Virus record (IMG/VR): IMGVR_UViG_3300044613_000656
Location: 1-62,171 of that record
DNA length: 62,171 nt
Reading direction: 5' to 3' (one strand)
DNA from: a virus
Taxonomy: Duplodnaviria; Caudoviricetes
Shown: piece after piece, positions 17,704 through 27,346 of the stretch
How positions within the stretch are numbered: the first letter of the stretch is position 1
How the letters are laid out: each line of letters starts with the position of its first letter
The notes under the pieces: generated by a model
Seen by the model: the letters and a program-made list of their open reading frames with translations, nothing else
Told to the model about the DNA's origin: nothing
Databases searched by the model: none
Made by a program: the position numbers and the translations under genes

Positions 17704-19077
17704 ATGCCTGCTTGGGGCGAAGGTAGATGGGGGCACGGTGAGTGGGGCGTTGGGCAGGTTGATGTCAACGTTCTTCTCGCTAGTGTCGTCACGACTGGGC
17801 AGGTAGGCAATGTAGCAATAACGATTGGTAAGTCTGTACCTGTAACCGGTTTAGAGGCTACAGGGCAAGTTGGGACAGTTGCATTTAATCAGGTTGCAAA
17901 TGTTTATGTAGTAGGGGTAGAAGGGACTGGTGAGACTGGCACTGCCACGGTTGTAGGTAGGGTCAATGTTTATCTCAGTGGGGTAGAGGCTCATGCTGAG
18001 TTAGACCCTGTTGGAGTCGCTGCGGGTGCTGAGGTTGAGCCTGCTGGGTTCCAGCACACGGTAGATCTTGGACAGGCTTTAGTTTCTGCTGCGGCAAATG
18101 TCCCTGTTACGGGTGTTGAAGGTAGTGGTGAGGTTGGACAGTTAGCACAACGTACTGCTTATTACGTTACCGGAGTACAGGGTAACGGGCAGTTAGGGCA
18201 GGAAGAAGTAGATGCTAAGGCTAACGTATCCCCAACCGGTGTTCATGGTGATGGATTTGTTGGGACGGTAGTAGTAAGGGCTGCGGCTAACGCTCCTGTA
18301 TTTGGGTTGGAAGGTACGGGAGAAGTTGGAACTGAAGTAGTAAGCACTGCGGCTAACGTCCTTGTGTCTGGTTTGGAAGGCACAGGAGAAGTTGGGACTG
18401 TCGATGAAAGTCGTGAAGTAAATGTATTTTTAACTGGAGTTGAAGGAGATACAGCGCTTGGTCAGAGCGCCATCCAGATAATTATTTTTGTACCGGTTAC
18501 AGGAGTTGAGGGTACAGGAGAAGTTGGGACTGTTGATGAAAGCCGAGAGGCTAATGTTTATGTAACAGGCGTTGTTGGCACTGGAGCACTTGGGCAAGAA
18601 GAGGCAGAAGGTGGGGCGCTTGTAGATGTTACGGGCGTAGAAGCAACGGGTGAGGTTGGACAGGTAGCCCAACGGACTGCTTATTACGTAAATGGGGTTG
18701 AAGGTGTTGGAGAGGTTGGGCAGGCGGCGGTAGTTGGCAAGGCAAATGTTTATTTAAATGGTGTTCAAGGAGTAGGACAGACCGGGGAAGCCCGGACAGG
18801 GATTTTAATATTTTTAACTGGGGTTGAAGCCACCAGTGGACTTGGGCAAACGGAAGAAGTAACTTCGGCTAACGTCTACTTAGTAGGGCAACAGGCTACA
18901 GTTTTATTAAATAATGTAATAGCAAGTATCCCGGTATTAGTGCCTGTAACTGGGGTTCAAGCGCAAGGACGTACCGGAAAAGTTCTGATCTGGAGTAAAA
19001 TTAACCCCAACCAGAACCCGAATTGGCAGTTAGTTAATGATGTTCAAACACCAAATTGGATGCCGATAGCGGCATAG
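17704..19077 (+). CDS. Repeat-rich fibre/scaffold protein
   Basis: WGxGxWG start; roughly 20 repeats of about 22 aa with core VTGVEGTGEVG. Confidence 0.8.
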   Translation: MPAWGEGRWGHGEWGVGQVDVNVLLASVVTTGQVGNVAITIGKSVPVTGLEATGQVGTVAFNQVANVYVVGVEGTGETGTATVVGRVNVYLSGVEAHAELDPVGVAAGAEVEPAGFQHTVDLGQALVSAAANVPVTGVEGSGEVGQLAQRTAYYVTGVQGNGQLGQEEVDAKANVSPTGVHGDGFVGTVVVRAAANAPVFGLEGTGEVGTEVVSTAANVLVSGLEGTGEVGTVDESREVNVFLTGVEGDTALGQSAIQIIIFVPVTGVEGTGEVGTVDESREANVYVTGVVGTGALGQEEAEGGALVDVTGVEATGEVGQVAQRTAYYVNGVEGVGEVGQAAVVGKANVYLNGVQGVGQTGEARTGILIFLTGVEATSGLGQTEEVTSANVYLVGQQATVLLNNVIASIPVLVPVTGVQAQGRTGKVLIWSKINPNQNPNWQLVNDVQTPNWMPIAA

Positions 19078-19086
19078 GAGTAACAA

Positions 19087-19848
19087 ATGGCAAGTACATA
19101 TTCAGACCTTAAGATTCAGTTAATGGCAACCGGAGAAAACTCCGGGGCTTGGGGTACTGTTACTAACGTAAATCTTGGCACAGCCCTTGAAGAAGCAATT
19201 GTTGGTAGGGCTACGGCAAACTTTACCTCTGATGCCAATCTAACCCTGACTCTTACGGACACCAACGCCACTCAGGTAGCCCGTAACTTTGTACTAAACG
19301 TCACTTCCGGGGTGTCACTAACCGTTACCCGAGACCTGATCGTCCCTGCGATTGAGAAGCCATACTTAATACAGAACAACACTACGGGCGGTCAGTCAAT
19401 CCGGGTGATTATTGCTGGTAACTCAGTGACCGTCCCGAACGGCAAGACAGCGTTTGTATACAACGACGGCACGAATATCAACATGGCTTCGGATTACTTC
19501 GTAGCCCCCACATTCAGTTCGTTTACCTCTACCGGCGATGGTACGTTTTCCGGTACGGGTCAGATCAAGGTGCCAGCAGGCGCAACCGGTGACAGAAGCG
19601 GTTCCCCAGTAAACGGTATGTTCCGATACAACTCTTCATTAAATCAGTTTGAGGGGTATGCGGCGGGTGTTTGGGGAAGCATTGGTGGTGGCGGTCAGGC
19701 TGGTGGTGCGATCACTATTAATGAAACCACGGCATCGTCAAGTTACACAATCGCTAGTGGTGAGAATGGTTTGAGCGTTGGCCCAATAACTGTTGCATCT
19801 GGCGTGACTATTACGGTCTCGTCTGGTCAGCGCTGGTTAATCCTGTAA
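19087..19848 (+). CDS. Tail fibre protein
   Basis: GENSGAWG, GMFRYNSSLNQFEGY, GPITVASGVTITV motifs. Confidence 0.75.
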   Translation: MASTYSDLKIQLMATGENSGAWGTVTNVNLGTALEEAIVGRATANFTSDANLTLTLTDTNATQVARNFVLNVTSGVSLTVTRDLIVPAIEKPYLIQNNTTGGQSIRVIIAGNSVTVPNGKTAFVYNDGTNINMASDYFVAPTFSSFTSTGDGTFSGTGQIKVPAGATGDRSGSPVNGMFRYNSSLNQFEGYAAGVWGSIGGGGQAGGAITINETTASSSYTIASGENGLSVGPITVASGVTITVSSGQRWLIL

Positions 19849-19858
19849 GGAGCAGAAC

Positions 19859-20389
19859 ATGGCAATAGATATTAATGGTGATGGCCTAATTGCGGTTGGG
19901 GGCACATCTACTACGCAGGGTCGTGTACGGCTTGCAGAAGACACGGATAACGGCACTAACTATGTTGAGTTAACCGCCCCAGCCGCAGTTACGTCCAATA
20001 GAACGGTTACATTTCCTGATGAAACAGGAACAGTTTTAACTGGCGCAAGTGCAATTACAGCCTTTCCATCTACTGTTGGGTACAGAAATATACCCCCCGT
20101 CGGGACTAAAACCGGTTCATATACTTTAACTACAGCAGATGTTGGTGAGTACGTACAAGTTGGCTCTGGTGGTTCGATCACAATCCCAGACGCTACTTTT
20201 GCCGAGGGCGATGCAATATCAATTTTCAATAATACTTCTGGTGGCATTACTATTACCTGCACAATTACAACCGCTTACATTGCTGGTACAGATTCGGATA
20301 AGGCTTCTGTAACTCTAGCCACTAGGGGTGTTTGTACTATCTTGTTTATTTCTGGCACTGTTTGCGTTATTACAGGAAACGTGACATGA
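19859..20389 (+). CDS. Tail fibre subunit
   Basis: NRTVTFPDETGTV; C-terminal LATRGVCTILF...ITGNVT. Confidence 0.7.
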   Translation: MAIDINGDGLIAVGGTSTTQGRVRLAEDTDNGTNYVELTAPAAVTSNRTVTFPDETGTVLTGASAITAFPSTVGYRNIPPVGTKTGSYTLTTADVGEYVQVGSGGSITIPDATFAEGDAISIFNNTSGGITITCTITTAYIAGTDSDKASVTLATRGVCTILFISGTVCVITGNVT

Positions 20390-21126
20390 GTGGTATTCAG
20401 TTAATGTTTGTTGGCGGCGGTGCTGGGAAGACAGTTATTAATCTTTCCATCACATCCAATACAGCAAACTATGACGTTTACGCAAACCGTGGCCCAACCT
20501 ATGTTGCAGGAAACTCTGAAATCACGGTAACAATTGGCCCCGCAGCAATTGTTTATAGTTCGTCTACTGGAACAGCCGCATTTACAGTACCGTCCGCATT
20601 TAACCCCGCAGATACTATTACTGTAGTTAATAACGGTGTAATTCTTGGACGTGGTGGCGGTGGTGGTAACGGTGGGCCTGCTGGAACTGGATTTGCAAAC
20701 CCCGGCGGAGCAGGCACCGCTGCTGGTGGAGCATTTTTAACTCAGCGTGCTGTCACCGTAAATAATTTAAACAGAATCGCTGGTGGCGGTGGCGGCGGTG
20801 GCGGTGGTGGGGGCGCTGTAGGATTTGATCCAGATTCCGGTAATTGGTATCCCGCTCCGGGTGGTTCTGGTGGCCCCGGTATTGGCGCTACTTCATTAAC
20901 TGCACCCACTCCCGGTAGTCCGGGGTCTACAAGTGCTGTGGGAAATCTTGGTGGCCCGGGCGGTGCTGGTGGAACCTACGGGAGTAGTGGAAGTTCTGGA
21001 AGTCCGGGTTCCAACGCCCCAATGTTTGGTAGTGGTGGCGGCGGCGGTGCAGGCGGATATGCAATAAGCGGCAATCCATTTATTACCTACATAAATACTG
21101 GCACCAGAAACGGTGGAATTTCATAA
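20386..21126 (+). CDS. Gly-rich adhesin (T-even gp38-like receptor recognition)
   Basis: ATGA coupling at 20386; NNGVILGRGGGGG, IAGGGGGGGGGG, GGAGGYAISG. Confidence 0.7.
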   Translation: MSGIQLMFVGGGAGKTVINLSITSNTANYDVYANRGPTYVAGNSEITVTIGPAAIVYSSSTGTAAFTVPSAFNPADTITVVNNGVILGRGGGGGNGGPAGTGFANPGGAGTAAGGAFLTQRAVTVNNLNRIAGGGGGGGGGGGAVGFDPDSGNWYPAPGGSGGPGIGATSLTAPTPGSPGSTSAVGNLGGPGGAGGTYGSSGSSGSPGSNAPMFGSGGGGGAGGYAISGNPFITYINTGTRNGGIS

Positions 21127-21136
21127 GGAATTTAAA

Positions 21137-21427
21137 ATGTCTCTACAGTACAAGATTAGAAGTTTTAACGCAGCCTTTGGTCAGATCTCTATAGAGTATT
21201 ACTCTGCAAATGGTCAATATTCACAAGAGTTTGCATTAGACCTGCCTATTAAAGATGACAACACATACCCGGTTGGCGATGAGTTATCCGCTCTTATTAT
21301 GAGCACGGCCCCAACTTGGCACTATGAGAGAACACAAAAAGTTTTGGCTGGGGTGAGCAACTCTGCTGCTATCCAAAGTTTAGTCGAGCCTTACCCACAA
21401 CCAGAGCCAGTAGTTTCTGGGTCGTAA
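21137..21427 (+). CDS. Hypothetical fibre-associated protein
   Basis: ATG 21137 after AAGGA SD. Confidence 0.7.
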   Translation: MSLQYKIRSFNAAFGQISIEYYSANGQYSQEFALDLPIKDDNTYPVGDELSALIMSTAPTWHYERTQKVLAGVSNSAAIQSLVEPYPQPEPVVSGS

Positions 21428-21447
21428 AATTTAGATAGGAGTAAGAA

Positions 21448-22455
21448 ATGCCCACTTCAACAATAATCTCAGATAACGGCGTAACTTCGGGTACGACTGG
21501 CCTAAAGACGGCTGGCGGCGACGACGGCACGTTAGTTCTGCAAACCACGACTGCTGGTGGCACGGCTACCACGGCAGTAACAATCAACACTACGCAAGTA
21601 GTAACTCTGGCAAACGCCCTGCCTGCTGGATCAGGTGGAACAGGCGCAGCAACGCTAACCGCTGAAAACGTGGTGATTGGTAACGGCACAAGCGCAGTGA
21701 AGTTTGTAGCCCCCGGCACCACAGGTAATGTCCTCACTTCCAATGGTTCAGCGTGGTTATCCCAAGCCGCAGCGGCTGGAGGCGGCGATTATGTAATGCA
21801 AGTTTATGGCTCTCCTGCCACATGGACTAAACCCGCATCTGTTAAAGCGGTAAAAGTTACAGTAGTTGGTGGCGGTGGAGGAGGAGGTGGGGGCGGAGGT
21901 ACTTACCGTGGTGGCGGCGGTGGTGGTGGTGGAGTTTCAGTTGAATATCTCGATGCTCCAGCCCTTCCCGGCCCTGTTGCCGTAACTGTTGGCAGTGGTG
22001 GGGGTTCGGCTCAGGCTGGAGGGACTACATCTTTCGGGCCATTTTTATCAGCAACCGGAGGTGCGGCAGGGACAATCACCCCGACAGTCGGCACAGGTGG
22101 TGCAGGTGGTTCTGGTTCTGGTGGACAAATTAACCTAAGTGGTGGTTCGGGAGCAAGGGGAGGTGCCTCTTATGGCAGTGGTGGAGGTGGCGCTGCTGGC
22201 GGTGGAGATGGAGTTAGGGCGGCGGTTTCAGTTGTATGTCCCGTTGATAGCAACCTTAGCGTTGGTGGTGGCGGCGCTTTTGGAAGAGGTGCAAATGGTG
22301 TTCCTCCGGATCCCGGCCCGGGATTTGCCGGAATTCCCGCAGGTGGATATGGAAACGGTGGTGGTGGTGCGTTTGGAAACACTGGCAGTCCTGCGCAGGT
22401 AACTTCCGCTGGTTCAGGATCGGCAGGTTTAGTCATAGTCGAAGAATTTTATTAA
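21448..22455 (+). CDS. Gly-rich tail fibre/adhesin A
   Basis: GNVLTSNGSAW, TWTKPA.VKAVKVTVVGGGG, ends IVEEFY. Confidence 0.8.
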   Translation: MPTSTIISDNGVTSGTTGLKTAGGDDGTLVLQTTTAGGTATTAVTINTTQVVTLANALPAGSGGTGAATLTAENVVIGNGTSAVKFVAPGTTGNVLTSNGSAWLSQAAAAGGGDYVMQVYGSPATWTKPASVKAVKVTVVGGGGGGGGGGGTYRGGGGGGGGVSVEYLDAPALPGPVAVTVGSGGGSAQAGGTTSFGPFLSATGGAAGTITPTVGTGGAGGSGSGGQINLSGGSGARGGASYGSGGGGAAGGGDGVRAAVSVVCPVDSNLSVGGGGAFGRGANGVPPDPGPGFAGIPAGGYGNGGGGAFGNTGSPAQVTSAGSGSAGLVIVEEFY

Positions 22456-22483
22456 TTTGCTATTAAAGCAACAGGAGTAACAG

Positions 22484-23320
22484 ATGAGCAAAATAGCACT
22501 AGAAGGTAACGCAAGCGGTACAGGTACATTTACCATTGCGGGGCCGAATACCAACACTAACTACACCATCACGCTGCCACAAGAAACGGGCACGTTAGTC
22601 ACAACGGGTGTAACTACCGGTTTAAACGGATCGGCTATATCTACCGGTGTTGTTGCGGCAAGTGTGGGTGGTACTGGACTTACATCTGCTGGTACAAACG
22701 GTAACGTACTGACATCGAATGGTTCTGCTTGGGTCTCTCAAGCCGCAGCGGCTGGAGGCGGTGACTATATTATGGTTGCTTATACAAGCCCTGCAACTTG
22801 GACAAAACCCGCAGGATTAAAAGCAGTTAAGGTTACGGTGATTGGCGCTGGTGGTAATGGTGGGACAAATAATTCTGGTACTAACTTCGCTGGTAGTGGT
22901 GGCGGCGGTGGGGGTGCTATTTTATATTTAGATGCTCCCGCAGTGCCCGGGCCTGTAAGTGTAACAGTTGGAAGCGCACCATCTAAAACATCTTCTTTTG
23001 GCCCTCTTGTTTCCGCTACTGGAGGAACTAATGGCACCAATGCTCCTCCCTCTGGTAATGCCCCACAAGGCCCTTATGCTGGTGGTACAGGAAGCGGCGG
23101 AACAATTAATGTCACGGGTGGTCATGGGTATGGAATAGCCTATGAGGCTGGTGCTAGGGGTGGAGAAGCAGCACTTGGATTTGGTACCCCCGGCTCTTTT
23201 GGCGGAGCGCCTGTAATTGGAGGAAATGCTTACGGCGGTGGCGGGATGGCATCAAACAATGGTGCCGCAGTAGGTGGCAATGGTGGCGCAGGAATTGTCA
23301 TAGTCGAAGAATTTTATTAA
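22484..23320 (+). CDS. Gly-rich tail fibre/adhesin B (paralog of A)
   Basis: Same GNVLTSNGSAW, TWTKPA, IVEEFY framework. Confidence 0.8.
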   Translation: MSKIALEGNASGTGTFTIAGPNTNTNYTITLPQETGTLVTTGVTTGLNGSAISTGVVAASVGGTGLTSAGTNGNVLTSNGSAWVSQAAAAGGGDYIMVAYTSPATWTKPAGLKAVKVTVIGAGGNGGTNNSGTNFAGSGGGGGGAILYLDAPAVPGPVSVTVGSAPSKTSSFGPLVSATGGTNGTNAPPSGNAPQGPYAGGTGSGGTINVTGGHGYGIAYEAGARGGEAALGFGTPGSFGGAPVIGGNAYGGGGMASNNGAAVGGNGGAGIVIVEEFY

Positions 23321-23334
23321 TAAGGAGTTTGTAA

Positions 23335-23631
23335 ATGAAAGCATTAATTTCCCCCAATGAGATTTCTAACCACTCATACATTTCTTCTTGGAATGAAGTG
23401 GGTGGTGTATGGAATCCGGTTCGTACTGAGATTCTAAATTGCCAGCGGGTTGCTCAAGTTGAGCCAGACAATCAAACTTTCCCCGTGGCTGAACCTTTGT
23501 ATTGGTTTGACTGCCCTGATAATTGTCAGGCTGATGCTTGGTACTTCAAGGATGGTCAGGTTGCTGTTAAGCCACAAGATGCACCTAATCCTAACCCACA
23601 GCCTGTATCACAAGGCACACAAACACTATGA
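23335..23631 (+). CDS. Fibre-associated/chaperone-like protein
   Basis: MKALISPNE...RVAQVE...FPVAEPLYWFDCPD; AAGGAG SD. Confidence 0.7.
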   Translation: MKALISPNEISNHSYISSWNEVGGVWNPVRTEILNCQRVAQVEPDNQTFPVAEPLYWFDCPDNCQADAWYFKDGQVAVKPQDAPNPNPQPVSQGTQTL

Positions 23632-23909
23632 CGGTATTGGTTGGCCCTAGGCACGTATTCACCTATGACGGTGCAATAATAAATATTTTTCACGCTAACA
23701 GAGGTGAGGGTTTACCACGCCATGAGCACAATTATGCCCATGCAAGTTTTTGTACTGCCGGTAGGTGCGTAGTCCGTAAAGAAAATAAAGAATTAATAAT
23801 GGACAAAACAACAACGCCAGTTAATCTTCTTGAAAATGAATGGCACGAGATTGAAGCCTTAGAAGATGAAACAGTGTTTGTAAATGTGTTTGCCGCTCAT
23901 AAACTATAG
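23628..23909 (+). CDS. Cupin-fold protein
   Basis: GLPRHEHNYAH and WHEIEALEDETVF cupin motifs. Confidence 0.8.
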   Translation: MTVLVGPRHVFTYDGAIINIFHANRGEGLPRHEHNYAHASFCTAGRCVVRKENKELIMDKTTTPVNLLENEWHEIEALEDETVFVNVFAAHKL

Positions 23910-23918
23910 GAGAAGTTA

Positions 23919-25043
23919 ATGTGTGAATCCATGACCCAACTTCATATACAAGGGTATTCGCATCTTTCTGGTTTTCTTAGCAAAGACAGTTGTGCGGAGT
24001 TAACAACAGAACTTAAGCGAATTGTTGCTGAAGGAAAAACTACGAAAGATAATCAATGCCCTTTATCAGAAGCCGTTCATGGAGCAGTCATTTTTGATTC
24101 CTTATTAGAGCAACTTCTCCCTAACTTTGAACTTGCATCAGGCAAGAAACTCTACCCAACCTACGCTTATGCCCGTCTGTATGCCCCCGGTGAAGAGTTA
24201 AAGATCCACACAGATCGTCCATCTTGTGAGATTAGCGCCACCCTAACCCTTGGGTTTGAGGGTGATCCTTGGCCTATCTATATGGGTGATGAGGGCGGTG
24301 CCAATGCTTCCAAGATAATGATGGATGTTGGCGATGCCATCTTATACCGTGGGTGCGACAAGCACCATTGGCGTGAGCCGTATAAAGAGGGTCAATGGCA
24401 GGCTCAGGTATTTCTGCACTATGTAGATGCTAATGGCCCTCATGCTGAGTGGAAGTACGATAAACGACCCAAACTTAGCCATCATGAACAAAGTAAAATA
24501 GATTACACATATTGGTTCTTTGATGATGGGTTAACCCCTGAGTCTTGCAGAAAGATAATTGAGAGTTGTGAGTCTCAATCACAGGGTGAAGATGCTTTAG
24601 TAGGGCAAAGCCTTGGGGGTATCCTTAACAAAAACATTCGGGATGTTAAAAAAATACCTCTTCCAATTTACAGGGGTATCGGTGCAACAATGTCTGGTGC
24701 GGCACTTTCTGCCAACCAGCAGGCTTGGAAGTTTGATGTGACCCGCGCCAACCAGTGCGACTACCTTAAGTACGATGTAGACGGTCACTATCACGCCCAT
24801 GTGGATACCTTCATAAACCCAGAAGAAAAAGAGTGCAGGAAGTTAACGGTTCTTGCTTTCTTAAATGACGACTTTGAGGGAGGTCGTCTGTTCCTACAAA
24901 ACGGGCATGAAAAGATTTACCCACCACAAAAACCCGGAACAATTTTAGTTTTTCCTTCTTTTATGCTTCATGGAGTTGAACCCGTTACAAAGGGTATTAG
25001 AAGATCAATAGTGACTTGGATGGTTGGCCCTTGGTTTAAATAG
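23919..25043 (+). CDS. Tandem 2OG-Fe(II) oxygenase (prolyl-hydroxylase-like)
   Basis: Domain 1 HTDR...HWRE; domain 2 HVD...RKLT...DFEGG...HGVEPVTKGIRRS. Confidence 0.9.
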   Translation: MCESMTQLHIQGYSHLSGFLSKDSCAELTTELKRIVAEGKTTKDNQCPLSEAVHGAVIFDSLLEQLLPNFELASGKKLYPTYAYARLYAPGEELKIHTDRPSCEISATLTLGFEGDPWPIYMGDEGGANASKIMMDVGDAILYRGCDKHHWREPYKEGQWQAQVFLHYVDANGPHAEWKYDKRPKLSHHEQSKIDYTYWFFDDGLTPESCRKIIESCESQSQGEDALVGQSLGGILNKNIRDVKKIPLPIYRGIGATMSGAALSANQQAWKFDVTRANQCDYLKYDVDGHYHAHVDTFINPEEKECRKLTVLAFLNDDFEGGRLFLQNGHEKIYPPQKPGTILVFPSFMLHGVEPVTKGIRRSIVTWMVGPWFK

Positions 25044-25051
25044 GAGAAAAA

Positions 25052-25258
25052 ATGATAGGTATGGGTATGGGCGGTGCTATCCGCCAACACATTGCAATTA
25101 AAGGTATTCAGATGAATCTTGCCGCTGTAGAGGCATTTATGCAGGATTTGTACGCAAACGCTGGCCTGACGTTACCCCCCGGATTTGACCCCGTAGAGGA
25201 AGTCATCAGGGTTGTTAACACATTAAGGGAGCAGGGCAAAAATGAAAACAGTAATTGA
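25052..25258 (+). CDS. Hypothetical protein
   Basis: AGGAG SD, packed in operon. Confidence 0.6.
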   Translation: MIGMGMGGAIRQHIAIKGIQMNLAAVEAFMQDLYANAGLTLPPGFDPVEEVIRVVNTLREQGKNENSN

Positions 25259-25460
25259 AGCGCATAAGGTAGACGGGGTAAAAGTATGCCGTTCAGAAGA
25301 AGTCCATGTCTGTGCCGCTTGTGGGTATGACTTAGATGAGGCTGAATTGGCGGCTGACACTTGCTCCGATTGTGGCGCACCCCTGAAGTTACGAAAGTCC
25401 GTATCGGTCTGGGCTACATCCGTACCTAAAGCCGGTGCTAAGACTTGGGGCCAACAATAA
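25242..25460 (+). CDS. Zn-ribbon protein
   Basis: CAACG...CSDCG. Confidence 0.7.
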   Translation: MKTVIEAHKVDGVKVCRSEEVHVCAACGYDLDEAELAADTCSDCGAPLKLRKSVSVWATSVPKAGAKTWGQQ

Positions 25461-26054
25461 ATGGATGTATCTTTTATTGACATAACAAATAATTTTTCAA
25501 TACCAATCATAGACAACTTTTATTCTGAAACAGAACTTGAAAAAATAAAAGGTGAACTAAAGTTATTAAGTGCTGTAGCAGAACTAAAAATTTTTGTTAA
25601 TAAACCAGCCAAAGATGAAGAAGATAGTCCAAAACAAAAAAGTAATTCTTTCTTTTTAGATAATTTGTATGAAGGTAAAAGAAGTTTATCTAAAATTTTA
25701 AATATAAACAGAAAGTTATTTTCGTCAGAATTAAAAACAAAGTTAGTAGAAAAAAATTTATTTTACGATCATATTTTTCATTCAGATTTTGATACGACAC
25801 TATTAAATTTTTATGGGCCAACTGATTATTACAAACCGCATAGAGATACTTCTTGTTTTACAGCATTGACTTTTTTTAAGTTAGAAGAGTTTAGTGGTGG
25901 TAATTTAGTTTTTCCAGAATACGAAATAGAGATTGAACCAGTAGAGAACAGATTGGTTATTTTCCCGGGGTTTATTTTGCATGGCTCAGAAGAAGTTACA
26001 AAAGGAATACGTGTAAGCATGGCTCAGTTTATAAACTATCGTGCAGGGGATTAG
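25461..26054 (+). CDS. 2OG-Fe(II) oxygenase (AT-rich gene)
   Basis: YKPHRD, FSGGNL, NRLVIFPG..LHG..V...R.S. Confidence 0.85.
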   Translation: MDVSFIDITNNFSIPIIDNFYSETELEKIKGELKLLSAVAELKIFVNKPAKDEEDSPKQKSNSFFLDNLYEGKRSLSKILNINRKLFSSELKTKLVEKNLFYDHIFHSDFDTTLLNFYGPTDYYKPHRDTSCFTALTFFKLEEFSGGNLVFPEYEIEIEPVENRLVIFPGFILHGSEEVTKGIRVSMAQFINYRAGD

Positions 26055-26063
26055 GAGATAAAT

Positions 26064-26474
26064 ATGTTTTCGGATAAAGACTTAAAGAAAGCCAAGATTG
26101 ATGCCCAAGCCGAGTTTCGTAGGCTTGAAATTGCTGCGAGTGCAAAAGAAGTGGCTGGCAAATCAATTGGTAGATACGGCCTTTTTTATATCACGCTAAT
26201 TGTTGTCATTGGGGTTGCGGCAAGCCTGCAACTAGAAGAATCCAAGATGGCAGCGGTTATGGGTCTGTTAGGTGCATCTCTGACCGCCTTGATTTCTATG
26301 ATGAACGGAATTGCTGGGGCAACCCCAAAGCAAGAAAAGCCCGAGTTTGAAGTCATGCGCCAGTTAATTGAGCGTCTTGATCGTATGGCTGACCGTGATC
26401 CAATGTCTGTTGAGGTTGAAGGCGACAAGGTAACGGTTAAAAAAGGTGATAACGAAGTCAAGGCTGGGAGGTAA
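26064..26474 (+). CDS. Two-TM membrane protein (lysis-associated?)
   Basis: Two hydrophobic helices; adjacent to holin and endolysin. Confidence 0.65.
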   Translation: MFSDKDLKKAKIDAQAEFRRLEIAASAKEVAGKSIGRYGLFYITLIVVIGVAASLQLEESKMAAVMGLLGASLTALISMMNGIAGATPKQEKPEFEVMRQLIERLDRMADRDPMSVEVEGDKVTVKKGDNEVKAGR

Positions 26475-26476
26475 TT

Positions 26477-26878
26477 ATGCTACCAATAGCCGCACTACTG
26501 TCGATTGGTGAAAAGGTTTTAGACAAGGTTCTGCCCGACCCAGAGGCTCGTGCCAAGGCGCAGGCCATGCTTATAGAGATGCAACAAAAGGGCGAACTTG
26601 CCAAACTCCAAGCGGACATGAACGAGCAAGATAACCTGACCAAGCGGGTTGAGGCTGACATGAAGTCGGACTCGTGGCTATCCAAGAACATCCGGCCTAT
26701 GACGCTGATCTATATCCTAACTGCCTATTTAGCCCTAGCCGTGATGGATGCTATGGGGCTGGATATTTCTGACAATTTCGTATCTTTGCTGGGCCAGTGG
26801 GGGATGCTGGTGATGTCATTTTATTTTGGCGGACGCACCCTTGAGAAGGTCATGGATATGAAAGCCAAGCAGAAATGA
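26477..26878 (+). CDS. Holin (GTA 3TM-like)
   Basis: DMKSDSWLSKNIRP and FYFGGRTLEK motifs. Confidence 0.8.
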   Translation: MLPIAALLSIGEKVLDKVLPDPEARAKAQAMLIEMQQKGELAKLQADMNEQDNLTKRVEADMKSDSWLSKNIRPMTLIYILTAYLALAVMDAMGLDISDNFVSLLGQWGMLVMSFYFGGRTLEKVMDMKAKQK

Positions 26879-27339
26879 ACCTGACGGCTAACTTTACCCT
26901 TGAAGAACTTGTCAAGAGTGAGACGGCTTTGCGTCACGGTATGGACAACACACCCGGGGAGGCTGAGATTGAGAATCTTAAAAGATTATGTGAACAGGTT
27001 CTTCAGCCTGTTAGAGAGCATTTCAAAACGGGGGTCAAGGTTAACTCCGGTTTCCGCCACCCCGAAGTCAACGCCAAAGTCGGTGGCTCAAAAACCTCAG
27101 ACCACTGCAAAGGGCAAGCGGCGGACATCGAAATCCCCGGCATCCCGAACGCAGACCTAGCCGTATGGATCACAGAAAACCTTGACTTCACGCAAGTCAT
27201 CTTAGAGTTCTACACCCCCGGAGTGCCTGATTCGGGCTGGGTACATGTTTCTTACGATCCTGCTAACTTAAAAAAGCAAGTCTTAACGGCTACCAAGCAA
27301 AACGGTAAAACTGTGTATCTGCCGGGACTTGTAGCGTGA
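26875..27339 (+). CDS. Endolysin, peptidase M15A family
   Basis: NFTLEEL, NSGFR, SDHCKGQAADI, WVHVSY Zn-peptidase motifs. Confidence 0.9.
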   Translation: MNLTANFTLEELVKSETALRHGMDNTPGEAEIENLKRLCEQVLQPVREHFKTGVKVNSGFRHPEVNAKVGGSKTSDHCKGQAADIEIPGIPNADLAVWITENLDFTQVILEFYTPGVPDSGWVHVSYDPANLKKQVLTATKQNGKTVYLPGLVA

Positions 27340-27346
27340 GGAAAAT

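Noticed and set aside
21448-23320. Diversity-generating retroelement or invertible shufflon in fibre genes
   Set aside because: No reverse transcriptase or invertase; repeats are short and direct; differences are not adenine-specific
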